From positions 333,828 through 397,827 of the forward strand of contig CACNXQ010000001.1 of the NCBI GenBank assembly GCA_902624455.1: DNA of 64,000 nt, read 5' to 3'. The notes under the pieces are model-generated. The model saw only the letters and a program-made list of their open reading frames with translations. It did no database searches and was not told the DNA's origin. Both the position numbers and the translations under genes were made by a program. Source of the stretch: an uncultured Pelagibacteraceae bacterium. GTDB lineage: Bacteria > Pseudomonadota > Alphaproteobacteria > Pelagibacterales > AG-422-B15. Positions 55,892-64,000 of the stretch are shown here, piece by piece; positions within the stretch are counted from its first letter, which is position 1; every line of letters starts with the position of its first letter.

Positions 55892-56593
55892 ATGGAAAAT
55901 GAAGAAATAGTAGCTGTATCACAAATCAATGACGAATTTTCTCTGATCTCATTATTTTTCAGAGCTGATATAGTTGTAAAATTAGTAATTCTAATCCTAT
56001 TTGCCGCTTCGATTTATTCATGGACAATAATTATTCATAAAATTCGATTGTTTCGAACACTTAGTAAAAAAAGCAAAGAATTTGAAACTGAATTCTGGTC
56101 AGGTCGTTCACTCAAAGACATTAGCTCAAGCGTAGCTACATTAGAGGAAAGCCCAATCAAATATGTATTTGAGGAAGCAGTAGAAGAAATCGAAAAATCT
56201 AATAAATCTAGTGAAAAAAAAATAGACACTCTTATAGATCGAATTAATAGAAAAATTGACGCAGCTATAGATTTTCAAAATGAAAAAATGTCAGAGTATT
56301 TTAGTTATCTCGCAACAATCGGTGCAACTACTCCTTTTATTGGATTATTTGGAACTGTGTGGGGCATAATGAATTCTTTTCAATCAATCGCTATTTCTAG
56401 GAACACCTCTCTGGCCGTAGTTGCACCGGGCATAGCCGAAGCACTTTTTGCAACAGCGTTAGGTTTACTAGCAGCGATACCAGCAGTTATTGCCTATAAT
56501 ATTTTCACTAGTCAGGTAAATGACGAAAATGCAAGAATGTATCGTTTTAAAGAACACTTCAATATAATTTTTTCAAGAGGTTTGAGTAGCTAA
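55892..56593 (+). CDS. tolQ: Tol-Pal system protein TolQ
   Basis: MotA/TolQ/ExbB blocks: [46 protein letters not shown]. Confidence 0.95.
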   Translation: MENEEIVAVSQINDEFSLISLFFRADIVVKLVILILFAASIYSWTIIIHKIRLFRTLSKKSKEFETEFWSGRSLKDISSSVATLEESPIKYVFEEAVEEIEKSNKSSEKKIDTLIDRINRKIDAAIDFQNEKMSEYFSYLATIGATTPFIGLFGTVWGIMNSFQSIAISRNTSLAVVAPGIAEALFATALGLLAAIPAVIAYNIFTSQVNDENARMYRFKEHFNIIFSRGLSS

Positions 56594-56613
56594 GTGTTTC
56601 TCAAAAGTATCCT

Positions 56614-57018
56614 GTGGCACGAATGAATAGATCAAAACCATTTAGTGAAATTAATGTTACACCTTTTGTTGATGTAATGTTGGTTTTATTAATAATTTTT
56701 ATGGTAACTGCACCACTTCTTACAGTAGGAGTGCAAGTTGACCTACCTGACAGTAACGCTGATAGCCTGCAGTCTGACGATGAGCCTTTAGAGATCACGA
56801 TCAACTCTGAGTCTGAAATTTTTATACAAGAGACATTGATTAAAGTAGGAGAACTTGTGCCAAAACTAAAAGCAATTACAGACAATAAAATGGATACAAA
56901 AATTTATGTCAGAGGAGACGAAGGAATTAATTATGGTGAAGTTATGGAAATTCTTGGAGAACTCTCTGGCTCAGGATTTTCAAAAGTTGCATTAATAACA
57001 AAACCTAAAGAAAATTAA
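56614..57018 (+). CDS. tolR: Tol-Pal system protein TolR (ExbD family)
   Basis: SEINVTPFVDVMLVLLIIFMVTAP, and a VYVRGD-like IYVRGDEGINYGEVM. GTG 56614 or ATG 56623 start. Confidence 0.9.
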   Translation: MARMNRSKPFSEINVTPFVDVMLVLLIIFMVTAPLLTVGVQVDLPDSNADSLQSDDEPLEITINSESEIFIQETLIKVGELVPKLKAITDNKMDTKIYVRGDEGINYGEVMEILGELSGSGFSKVALITKPKEN

Positions 57019-57037
57019 GAGGGCATGAATAATTTTT

Positions 57038-57847
57038 ATGAGGTTATCTGTTTTAGGCTCAATAATACTTCATTCTCTAATACTTGTATTTACAGTTTTT
57101 TCATTACCTATATTTAATGATCCAAAAATCGATACTCCACCTATTATTCAAATTGAGTTAATTGAGATTTCTAAAGTAACTAACGTTCCAGAAAAATCAG
57201 TACAAAAGTCTGAAGAAGAAAAAAATGAAGAAAAAGAAAAAAAAGAAGAAAAATTAACCCGTCCAATTTCAAAACCAAAAGATGAAACATCAAATAAAAA
57301 AACAGAGGAAGTTGAAGATACAGTAAAAAAAGTTGAGAAAAAAATTGAAAAAAAGATGATAGAAAATATGCCAATAAGAAAACCTCAGATAAAGAAGAAA
57401 GATATGTTTGATCCTTTAAAGTTAGCAGAATTAATAGATAAGCAAAAAGACACAAAGACAAAAATTGAGGACATACCTGAAAAGGATTATGAGGTATTAG
57501 ACAGTAAGCCTTCACTCAATAAAAGGCTGACATTAAGTGAGGAAGATGCTATTCGTGCTCAATTCATGCAATGTTGGAGTATCCCATTAGGAATTCCATT
57601 TGATGAAACTATGATTGTGAAAATAAAGATTCTACTAAACACTGATGGAACTCTTCAGAAGCCACCAGAAGTAATTCAACATGAGAGAATGAATAAGCCT
57701 AGTGAAAAATATTTCAGAACCCTTGCAGAAAGTGCGCTGAGAGCGGTAAGAAGATGTGACCCAATCAAAGTTCCTGAAGTAGAACGATATGAAAGCTGGA
57801 AAAGCCTTCAATTAAATTTTGATCCAAGAGAAATCTTAAGAGGCTAG
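57038..57847 (+). CDS. tolA: TolA-like cell-envelope integrity protein
   Basis: N-terminal TM helix, K/E-rich linker, TonB/TolA-like C-terminal domain. Position between tolR and tolB. Confidence 0.75.
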   Translation: MRLSVLGSIILHSLILVFTVFSLPIFNDPKIDTPPIIQIELIEISKVTNVPEKSVQKSEEEKNEEKEKKEEKLTRPISKPKDETSNKKTEEVEDTVKKVEKKIEKKMIENMPIRKPQIKKKDMFDPLKLAELIDKQKDTKTKIEDIPEKDYEVLDSKPSLNKRLTLSEEDAIRAQFMQCWSIPLGIPFDETMIVKIKILLNTDGTLQKPPEVIQHERMNKPSEKYFRTLAESALRAVRRCDPIKVPEVERYESWKSLQLNFDPREILRG

Positions 57848-57848
57848 T

Positions 57849-59174
57849 ATGAAAAATATTCTTTTATTTTTACTTTTTTTAATTCCTTTTTCATTTAATT
57901 CTCATGCAACCATTGAAATTGATATAACCGAAGGAAATAGGGAACCCCTGCCCATAGCAATCACAAATTTTTTTCATGATGGTAATGAAAAAATAACAAA
58001 TACTGATCTGCCCTCAAAAATAAGAGGTGTTATTCAAAATGATTTAGAGAGCACAGGTCTTTTTAACTCAATTGATGAAAAGGCTTTCATTCAAGAAAAT
58101 AAATCTCTTCATCTAAAGCCTAGATTCGCTGATTGGAGACTGATTAATTCTCAAGGTCTTGTTACTGGTGATTTAAAAATCGAAGATGATAGGCTAAAAG
58201 TCGAATTTCGACTATGGGATACACTTGCTGAAAAAGAGATAGAAGGTTTAGTACTAATTACTACACCCGATAATTGGAGAAGAATCAGCCATATGATTGC
58301 TGATAAAATATATGAGAGATTAACAGGTGAAGAAGGTTATTTTGATACAAGAATTGTTTATGTTGCTGAGGAAGGTCCAAAAAATAACAGAGTAAAAAAG
58401 TTAGCTATAATGGATCAAGATGGAGCTAATCACAAATTTTTAACCAGTGGAAAAGAACTTGTTTTAACCCCAAGATTTAATCCAGTACGACAGGAAATTA
58501 CATATTTGTCATACTTTAAAAATTTACCTAGAGTATACCTTCTTAATATTCAAACTGGGATCCAAGAAGTAGTGGGAGATTTCCCTGGCATGACATTTGC
58601 GCCTAGATTTTCACCTGATGGAAATAAAATAATAATGAGTTTAGCAAGAGAGGGTAATTCTGACATCTATGTCATGGATTTAAATTCCCGGGTTGTTGAA
58701 AGGTTAACTGATAGTCCGGCAATCGATACATCCCCAAGTTATTCGCCGAATGGTAAAAAAATAACTTTCAATTCAGATCGTGGTGGATCTCAACAAATTT
58801 ATGTAATGGATAGTAATGGAAGAAATCAAAAAAGAATTTCTAAAGGAAGTGGAAACTATGCAACTCCAGTATGGTCTCCAAGAGGTGATCTGATAGCTTT
58901 CACTAAAAATTTTCAAGGACAATATTTCATCGGTGTCATGAGAACAGATGGAACTGGGGAGAGACTCTTAACAGAAAACTGGTATCAAGAAGCACCTTCT
59001 TGGTCATCGAATGGAAGAGTTTTAATTTTTTACCGCGAAACAAAAGCCGATAGCAGCGGTAAAGGGCATTCAGCTTCTATTTGGTCTATTGATTTAACAG
59101 GGTTTAATGAGAGGAAATTAGTGACACCAGGCGATGCTTCAGATCCATCGTGGTCAAAATTAATACAAAATTAA
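57849..59174 (+). CDS. tolB: Tol-Pal system beta-propeller protein TolB
   Basis: Signal peptide. Repeated propeller blocks [38 protein letters not shown]. Confidence 0.95.
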   Translation: MKNILLFLLFLIPFSFNSHATIEIDITEGNREPLPIAITNFFHDGNEKITNTDLPSKIRGVIQNDLESTGLFNSIDEKAFIQENKSLHLKPRFADWRLINSQGLVTGDLKIEDDRLKVEFRLWDTLAEKEIEGLVLITTPDNWRRISHMIADKIYERLTGEEGYFDTRIVYVAEEGPKNNRVKKLAIMDQDGANHKFLTSGKELVLTPRFNPVRQEITYLSYFKNLPRVYLLNIQTGIQEVVGDFPGMTFAPRFSPDGNKIIMSLAREGNSDIYVMDLNSRVVERLTDSPAIDTSPSYSPNGKKITFNSDRGGSQQIYVMDSNGRNQKRISKGSGNYATPVWSPRGDLIAFTKNFQGQYFIGVMRTDGTGERLLTENWYQEAPSWSSNGRVLIFYRETKADSSGKGHSASIWSIDLTGFNERKLVTPGDASDPSWSKLIQN

Positions 59175-59291
59175 TTAAAAACCCCAAAAAAGGTAGTTTT
59201 ATTTGAAATTTATAGGGAATTTCTTGTAGACTTGTGTTATTTAATGAATAAAGTACCTCAAGGGCTTACAACTATTTACGGGAGTAATGTA

Positions 59292-59816
59292 ATGATTTTT
59301 AAATCTTTTCTTAGATATTCAATAATTTTAATGTCTGCTTTAATTATAGCGGCGTGTGCAACTGTTCCAGATGAAACAGTTTCATCATCATCATCTTCAA
59401 GTTCGTCTTCTTCAACATCATCTGGCCCTCAAGTTGTTGATGGAGTTTATGTAGGATCTGAAACTGTTGAAATGCTAGCTGTAGATGTGCCAGACAGAGT
59501 CTTCTTCGCTTATGACAGTTTTGCACTTAATTCTAACGCTCAAGACACTCTATCTAAACAAGCAGCATGGTTAAAGGCTAATGGTTCAGTTACTATCGCA
59601 ATCGAAGGTCATGCTGATGAAAGAGGTACAAGGGAATATAACTTAGCTTTAGGTGATCGTAGAGCTAATGCAGCAAAAGATTACTTAATGTCACAAGGTA
59701 TAAGTGCGAATAGAATAACTACAATTAGCTTTGGTAAGGAAAAACCAGTTGTTAACGCATCAAATGATAAAGCCTGGGCACAAAATCGTAGATCTGTAAC
59801 TGTAAGAACTAACTAA
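59292..59816 (+). CDS. pal: Peptidoglycan-associated lipoprotein Pal (OmpA family)
   Basis: Lipobox LIIAAC, poly-Ser linker, OmpA_C blocks VFFAYDSFAL, IEGHADERGTREYNLALGDRRA, AQNRRSV. Start moved to ATG 59292 (GGGAG 7 nt upstream). Confidence 0.9.
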   Translation: MIFKSFLRYSIILMSALIIAACATVPDETVSSSSSSSSSSSTSSGPQVVDGVYVGSETVEMLAVDVPDRVFFAYDSFALNSNAQDTLSKQAAWLKANGSVTIAIEGHADERGTREYNLALGDRRANAAKDYLMSQGISANRITTISFGKEKPVVNASNDKAWAQNRRSVTVRTN

Positions 59817-59824
59817 GTTTTACG

Positions 59825-59852
59825 CCTTTATTTCGACATAAATAAAGGTTTT
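59825..59852 (+). terminator. Rho-independent terminator after pal
   Basis: Stem CCTTTATTT / AAATAAAGG (59825-59833 / 59840-59848) with a 6-nt loop, followed by TTTT. Confidence 0.55.
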
Positions 59853-59882
59853 ATCGCATTATCAATTTAATGTTTTGATATT

Positions 59883-60896
59883 ATGCACAGAACTATTTAC
59901 TTAATACTCCCTGCTCTTTTATGTTTTATACATTTGGGAACATTAAACGCAAACGAGACATCTCTATCAAGTGAGATCTTAGAAAAATTAAATACAATTG
60001 AAAGTCGAATTAAAGTTCTTGAAAAAGCAACATTTAATAAAACTACTTCTCAATCTCAAGGAAATATATCGTTAGATGATTATCAATCGATAATTGCAAA
60101 ACAATCTATACAGATTTCTGATTTACAAAATGAACTTCAATCACTTACAGCTCAAGTAGAAGAAATAATTTTCACAATGCAGTCTACGGTAAATAATTTT
60201 AATAGTTTTAGGGAAGATGCAGAATTCAGAATGGATGAGATTTCAAATTTAACAGAAACAATAAATGAAAATAAAGAAAAATTAGATATCGTTAATCAAT
60301 ATGCTAAGCAAAATGATGTGAGTTCTGAACTTGAACCTAAATCACTTGGAACAATTCAAGTCAACAATCAAGGTGAAATTGAAAATTCACCGTTTGAATT
60401 AAAAACTAATTCAATTGAAACTGAGCAAGAAATTACTGATACGATTTCTCAAGATAATTTAATAGTCCTTGAAGAACAGCAAAAACTCGAGATACTCCCT
60501 GATGAAAATGAAGATGTGCAGTACCAGTTTGCCATGGATCTATTGAAACAAGGTGATTACGAGACAGCAGAAATTGCATTTCAGGAGTTTTTAAATGTGG
60601 GTGAAGATCCAGGCCTTTTGAGTAATTCAAATTTTTGGTTGGCAGAAACACTATATGTTAGAGAAAACTATAAAGATGCAGCAAAAAATTATTTAAATTT
60701 GTATCAAGTTTATCCTAATTCCATGAGAGCACCTGACTCACTTTTAAAACTTGGAATATCTCTTATCAAAATGGATCAAAGAGAACAAGGGTGCTTGACA
60801 TTTCTTCAGTTACAAGACACTTATCCAGATGCAAGTCCATCACTAATTAATAGAAGTAATTTAGAACTACAAAAAAACGAGTGTGAAGTTAGTTAA
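59883..60896 (+). CDS. cpoB: Tol-Pal system protein CpoB/YbgF
   Basis: Signal peptide, N-terminal coiled coil, C-terminal TPR region (YQFAMDLLKQGDYETAEIAFQEFL...PNSMRAPDSLLKLGISL). Position after pal. Confidence 0.8.
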   Translation: MHRTIYLILPALLCFIHLGTLNANETSLSSEILEKLNTIESRIKVLEKATFNKTTSQSQGNISLDDYQSIIAKQSIQISDLQNELQSLTAQVEEIIFTMQSTVNNFNSFREDAEFRMDEISNLTETINENKEKLDIVNQYAKQNDVSSELEPKSLGTIQVNNQGEIENSPFELKTNSIETEQEITDTISQDNLIVLEEQQKLEILPDENEDVQYQFAMDLLKQGDYETAEIAFQEFLNVGEDPGLLSNSNFWLAETLYVRENYKDAAKNYLNLYQVYPNSMRAPDSLLKLGISLIKMDQREQGCLTFLQLQDTYPDASPSLINRSNLELQKNECEVS

Positions 60897-60942
60897 GCCA
60901 ATTAATTTTAGAAATATAGATGTAGTTTCCACTTTGGACTTC

Positions 60943-61962
60943 ATGGAAAACATGAAGAAGTTCAAAATTAATAACAACTTTGCTGTAGCGGTTTCTGGAG
61001 GACCTGACAGCTTGGCTCTCATGTTATTATCAAATGAATTCGCTAACCACTTTGATATAAAAATGACAGTAATTTGTATAGATCACAATCTTAGAAAAAA
61101 TTCATCTAGCGAAGTGAAATGGGTCAGGAGTGAAGCAATGAAACTAGGGGCACATTTCATTACTGCAAAAATTCCAAAAAATAATTTGAAATCCAATCTT
61201 ATGTCATACGCAAGAGACGTTAGGTATAAAGAGCTATACAAAATATGTAGCAGAAAAAAAATTAAGGTTTTACTGACTGCCCATCACCTTGACGATGAAA
61301 TAGAAAATTTCCTCATGAGATTAGTAAGAGGAAGCGGTATTAAGGGACTTTCTTCTTTAAAAGAAAAATCCATGGTTAATAATAATAAATTACAGCTTAT
61401 AAGGCCATTATTACGTTATCCAAAAAAGTCACTTATTAAATATTTGTCTTCAAAGAAACAAACTTACGTATGTGATCCAACAAATAAGGATTTAACTTTT
61501 GATCGATCAAGAATAAGACAACTTTCTGAAACGTTGATTAAAGAAGGCCTAAGTAAAAATAGATTTAGTGCTGTAATAAAAAATCTTAAAAATGCCAACG
61601 AAGCAGTAAATGAACTGATAAATATTCATGTTCCCAAAATATTTACATTTCATGACAAAAGTAAGATACAGATAAATCTAAAAAAATTTTATCAATCGTC
61701 AGAAGAAGTTCAGTTTAGGATTTTAGTAAAACTAGTTCGTTTTGTAGGCTATAAAGATAAAGTACCTAGATCCAAATCAATAATGAAATTGATATCAGAA
61801 TTTCAAAGAAAGCAATTTAAACGTTCATCTTTAAATGGGTGTCAGTTTACAAAACATGAAACCTCTGTTTTTTGCGAGCCAATGATTATCAAAAAAAGCC
61901 TAATGAATTCAAGGAAAAGCCTTCAAAACAAAGATTTCATAGAATTAACACAGAATTTTTAG
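60943..61962 (+). CDS. tilS: tRNA(Ile)-lysidine synthase
   Basis: PP-loop AVAVSGGPDSLAL, TAHHLDDEIENFLMRLVRGSG. Start uncertain: ATG 60943, or the ORF-track GTG 60883 overlapping cpoB. Confidence 0.85.
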   Translation: MENMKKFKINNNFAVAVSGGPDSLALMLLSNEFANHFDIKMTVICIDHNLRKNSSSEVKWVRSEAMKLGAHFITAKIPKNNLKSNLMSYARDVRYKELYKICSRKKIKVLLTAHHLDDEIENFLMRLVRGSGIKGLSSLKEKSMVNNNKLQLIRPLLRYPKKSLIKYLSSKKQTYVCDPTNKDLTFDRSRIRQLSETLIKEGLSKNRFSAVIKNLKNANEAVNELINIHVPKIFTFHDKSKIQINLKKFYQSSEEVQFRILVKLVRFVGYKDKVPRSKSIMKLISEFQRKQFKRSSLNGCQFTKHETSVFCEPMIIKKSLMNSRKSLQNKDFIELTQNF

Positions 61963-62064
61963 GACTAAGTTACTGAATTTCTGTGAAAAATTATTTTCCC
62001 TATTTTCTTGTATGAATGAAAATAGTAATTATCTATTAATTCATAACAATAAACTCTGCACAAT

Positions 62065-63975
62065 ATGAATATTAGAAACTTGGCATTATGGCTCTTTATA
62101 GCGCTAATCGTATTTGGATTATTTAATCTTTTTAGCACTAACAGCACTGAGAGAAACTCAATAAACCTAACTTATTCGCAATTTTTGGATGAAGTGGAGA
62201 TCGGCTCAGTTAAAGATGTTGTCATTAAAGGTAATAACATAAGTGGAGCTTTTGATGATGGTCGCCAGTTTAAAACTTACGCAGCCAATGATCCAACTTT
62301 AGTCGAACGATTAAATGATAGAGGTGTCAATATATCAGCTGCACCACTAGATGATGGTTACCCTTCAATTCTTGGTATTTTAATTTCATGGTTTCCAATG
62401 CTTCTTCTTATTGGTGTATGGATATTTTTCATGCGTCAAATGCAGGGTGGAAGAGGTGGAGCAATGGGATTTGGCAGGTCCAAAGCCAAACTTTTAACCG
62501 AGAACAAGAACAAAGTAACTTTCAATGATGTTGCTGGAATTGATGAGGCAAAAGAGGAGTTAGTTGAGATTGTAGAATTTTTAAAAGATCCTCGTAAGTT
62601 TCAAAAACTTGGAGGTAGAATTCCAAAAGGTGCACTACTTATTGGTCCTCCAGGTACGGGAAAAACTCTTTTAGCAAGAGCAGTTGCAGGAGAAGCTGGA
62701 GTTCCATTTTTTACCATTTCTGGATCTGATTTTGTTGAAATGTTTGTTGGTGTTGGTGCCTCTAGAGTGCGTGACATGTTTGAACAAGGTAGAAGAAATG
62801 CACCATGTATAATTTTTATTGATGAAATTGATGCCGTTGGACGAAGCAGAGGGGCAGGACTAGGCGGTGGTAATGACGAGAGAGAGCAAACGCTTAATCA
62901 AATTCTTGTTGAGATGGATGGGTTTGATACTCAAGAAGGTATCATATTAGTTGCTGCAACAAATAGACCTGATGTTTTAGATCCCGCATTGCTTCGACCA
63001 GGCCGTTTTGACCGACAGGTTGTAGTTCCAAACCCAGATATTATCGGAAGAGAAGCTATTTTAAAGGTTCACACAAAAAAGATTTCCATGGCTCCTGATG
63101 TTGACATAAGAACAATTGCTAGAGGCACTCCTGGTTTCTCTGGCGCTGACTTAGCAAATATTGTTAATGAGTCAGCATTATTAGCTGCTCGAAAAAACAA
63201 GAAGATAGTCACCATGGTTGATTTTGAGGAAGCTAAAGACAAAGTCATGATGGGTTCAGAAAGAAGATCTCTTGTGATGTCTCAAGATGAAAAAGAACTT
63301 ACAGCATATCATGAAGGAGGACATGCAATTGTAACATTAAATCAACCTGCATCTGACCCGATACATAAAGCTACAATTATCCCAAGAGGTAGAGCGTTGG
63401 GAATGGTTATGAGATTACCTGAAAGAGACCAACTATCAATGTCTCGTGAAAAAATGTTAGCTGATATTACAGTTGCTATGGGTGGTAGAGTTGCTGAGGA
63501 AATTATTTTTGGCGATGAAAAAGTAACCTCAGGAGCATCCTCTGATATTGAGATGGCTACAAAAATGGCGAGAAATATGGTCACTAAATATGGAATGAGC
63601 GATAAATTAGGAACTATCCAATATGGTGAAAATGAAGAAGAAGTTTTTCTAGGTCGATCGGTTCAAAAACATCAAAATGTATCTGAAGAAACTGCTAAAG
63701 TGATTGATTCAGAAATAAGAGGCATTGTTGATACATGTTATGAGAATGCTCGTAAGATTTTGAAAGACAAGATTAATGATCTGCATGCAATAGCCAAGGG
63801 GCTAATAGAATACGAAACTTTGTCAGGTGATGAGATTATAGAGCTCCTCAGAGATGGAAAGATTAGTAGACCAGATCCTGAAGTGGAGATTAAAAATGCA
63901 GGATCTTCAGTTCCTAAAAGCGGCAAAACAAGTTCACCAATATCACCAGATTTAAAACCAAAGCCTACTGGTTAA
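62065..63975 (+). CDS. ftsH: ATP-dependent zinc metalloprotease FtsH
   Basis: Walker [12 protein letters not shown], Walker [32 protein letters not shown], zinc site HEGGHA. Confidence 0.97.
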   Translation: MNIRNLALWLFIALIVFGLFNLFSTNSTERNSINLTYSQFLDEVEIGSVKDVVIKGNNISGAFDDGRQFKTYAANDPTLVERLNDRGVNISAAPLDDGYPSILGILISWFPMLLLIGVWIFFMRQMQGGRGGAMGFGRSKAKLLTENKNKVTFNDVAGIDEAKEELVEIVEFLKDPRKFQKLGGRIPKGALLIGPPGTGKTLLARAVAGEAGVPFFTISGSDFVEMFVGVGASRVRDMFEQGRRNAPCIIFIDEIDAVGRSRGAGLGGGNDEREQTLNQILVEMDGFDTQEGIILVAATNRPDVLDPALLRPGRFDRQVVVPNPDIIGREAILKVHTKKISMAPDVDIRTIARGTPGFSGADLANIVNESALLAARKNKKIVTMVDFEEAKDKVMMGSERRSLVMSQDEKELTAYHEGGHAIVTLNQPASDPIHKATIIPRGRALGMVMRLPERDQLSMSREKMLADITVAMGGRVAEEIIFGDEKVTSGASSDIEMATKMARNMVTKYGMSDKLGTIQYGENEEEVFLGRSVQKHQNVSEETAKVIDSEIRGIVDTCYENARKILKDKINDLHAIAKGLIEYETLSGDEIIELLRDGKISRPDPEVEIKNAGSSVPKSGKTSSPISPDLKPKPTG

Positions 63976-64000
63976 AATCTAATTTATATGACATATTTTC

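Noticed and set aside
57180-57515. 111-aa minus-strand ORF inside tolA
   Set aside because: It is an antisense reading of the purine-rich K/E linker of TolA and is low complexity.
1-64000. CRISPR arrays, transposases/IS elements, integrases, prophage blocks, toxin-antitoxin pairs, rRNA genes
   Set aside because: No ORF has transposase, integrase, Cas or TA-like motifs. No spacer-repeat periodicity was noticed. All intergenic gaps are 209 bp or less, leaving no room for large non-coding elements.

Overview
AT-rich (about 30% GC by eye), very gene-dense bacterial fragment in which many adjacent genes overlap by 1-8 nt. Gene content and synteny point to a streamlined marine alphaproteobacterium, most plausibly SAR11/Pelagibacterales-like; this taxon call is inference, not proof. 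The supporting synteny is yebC...tolQ-tolR-tolA-tolB-pal-cpoB-tilS-ftsH, tkt-gap-pgk-class I fba-efp-suhB, split pntAA/pntAB/pntB, a DUF1013 protein, and alpha-type L36 and S21. The window has two parts. (1) nt 1-31112 is a cell-surface glycan biosynthesis island. It encodes three extended-SDR epimerase/dehydratases plus GalE, two nucleotide-sugar dehydrogenase paralogs, two DegT-type aminotransferases, a sugar N-formyltransferase and four methyltransferases. It also encodes a GDP-mannose 3,5-epimerase homolog, a 1137-aa three-domain glycosyltransferase, a WecA-type initiating transferase, a Wzy_C/O-antigen-ligase-family protein, an embedded glutamine-dependent NAD synthetase and a SET-domain protein. 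(2) nt 31114-64000 is core housekeeping. The main finding is a tightly overlapped 9-gene plus-strand array at 18337-27290. Its first three genes are clear homologs of the mycobacterial decaprenyl-phospho-arabinose pathway: a UbiA-type phosphoribosyltransferase fused to a HAD phosphatase, then DprE1-like and DprE2-like genes. They are followed by a 720-aa polytopic membrane protein (candidate GT-C arabinosyltransferase), an SDR, an FAD oxidoreductase, a GtrA-family protein and a methyltransferase. Together these look like a lipid-linked D-arabinofuranose surface-glycosylation system in a SAR11-like cell. Other notable points: an archaeal/phage-type Hjc-like PD-(D/E)xK nuclease sits where alphaproteobacteria normally carry ruvCAB-ybgC; rpsU has no canonical start codon and appears to initiate at ATA behind a strong SD; several small genes are missing from the ORF track (rpmJ, rpsU, a cox-IV-like 36-aa ORF, a 45-aa basic ORF). 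I saw no transposase, integrase, CRISPR array, rRNA or prophage genes. The only RNA gene I can support is tRNA-Val(GAC).
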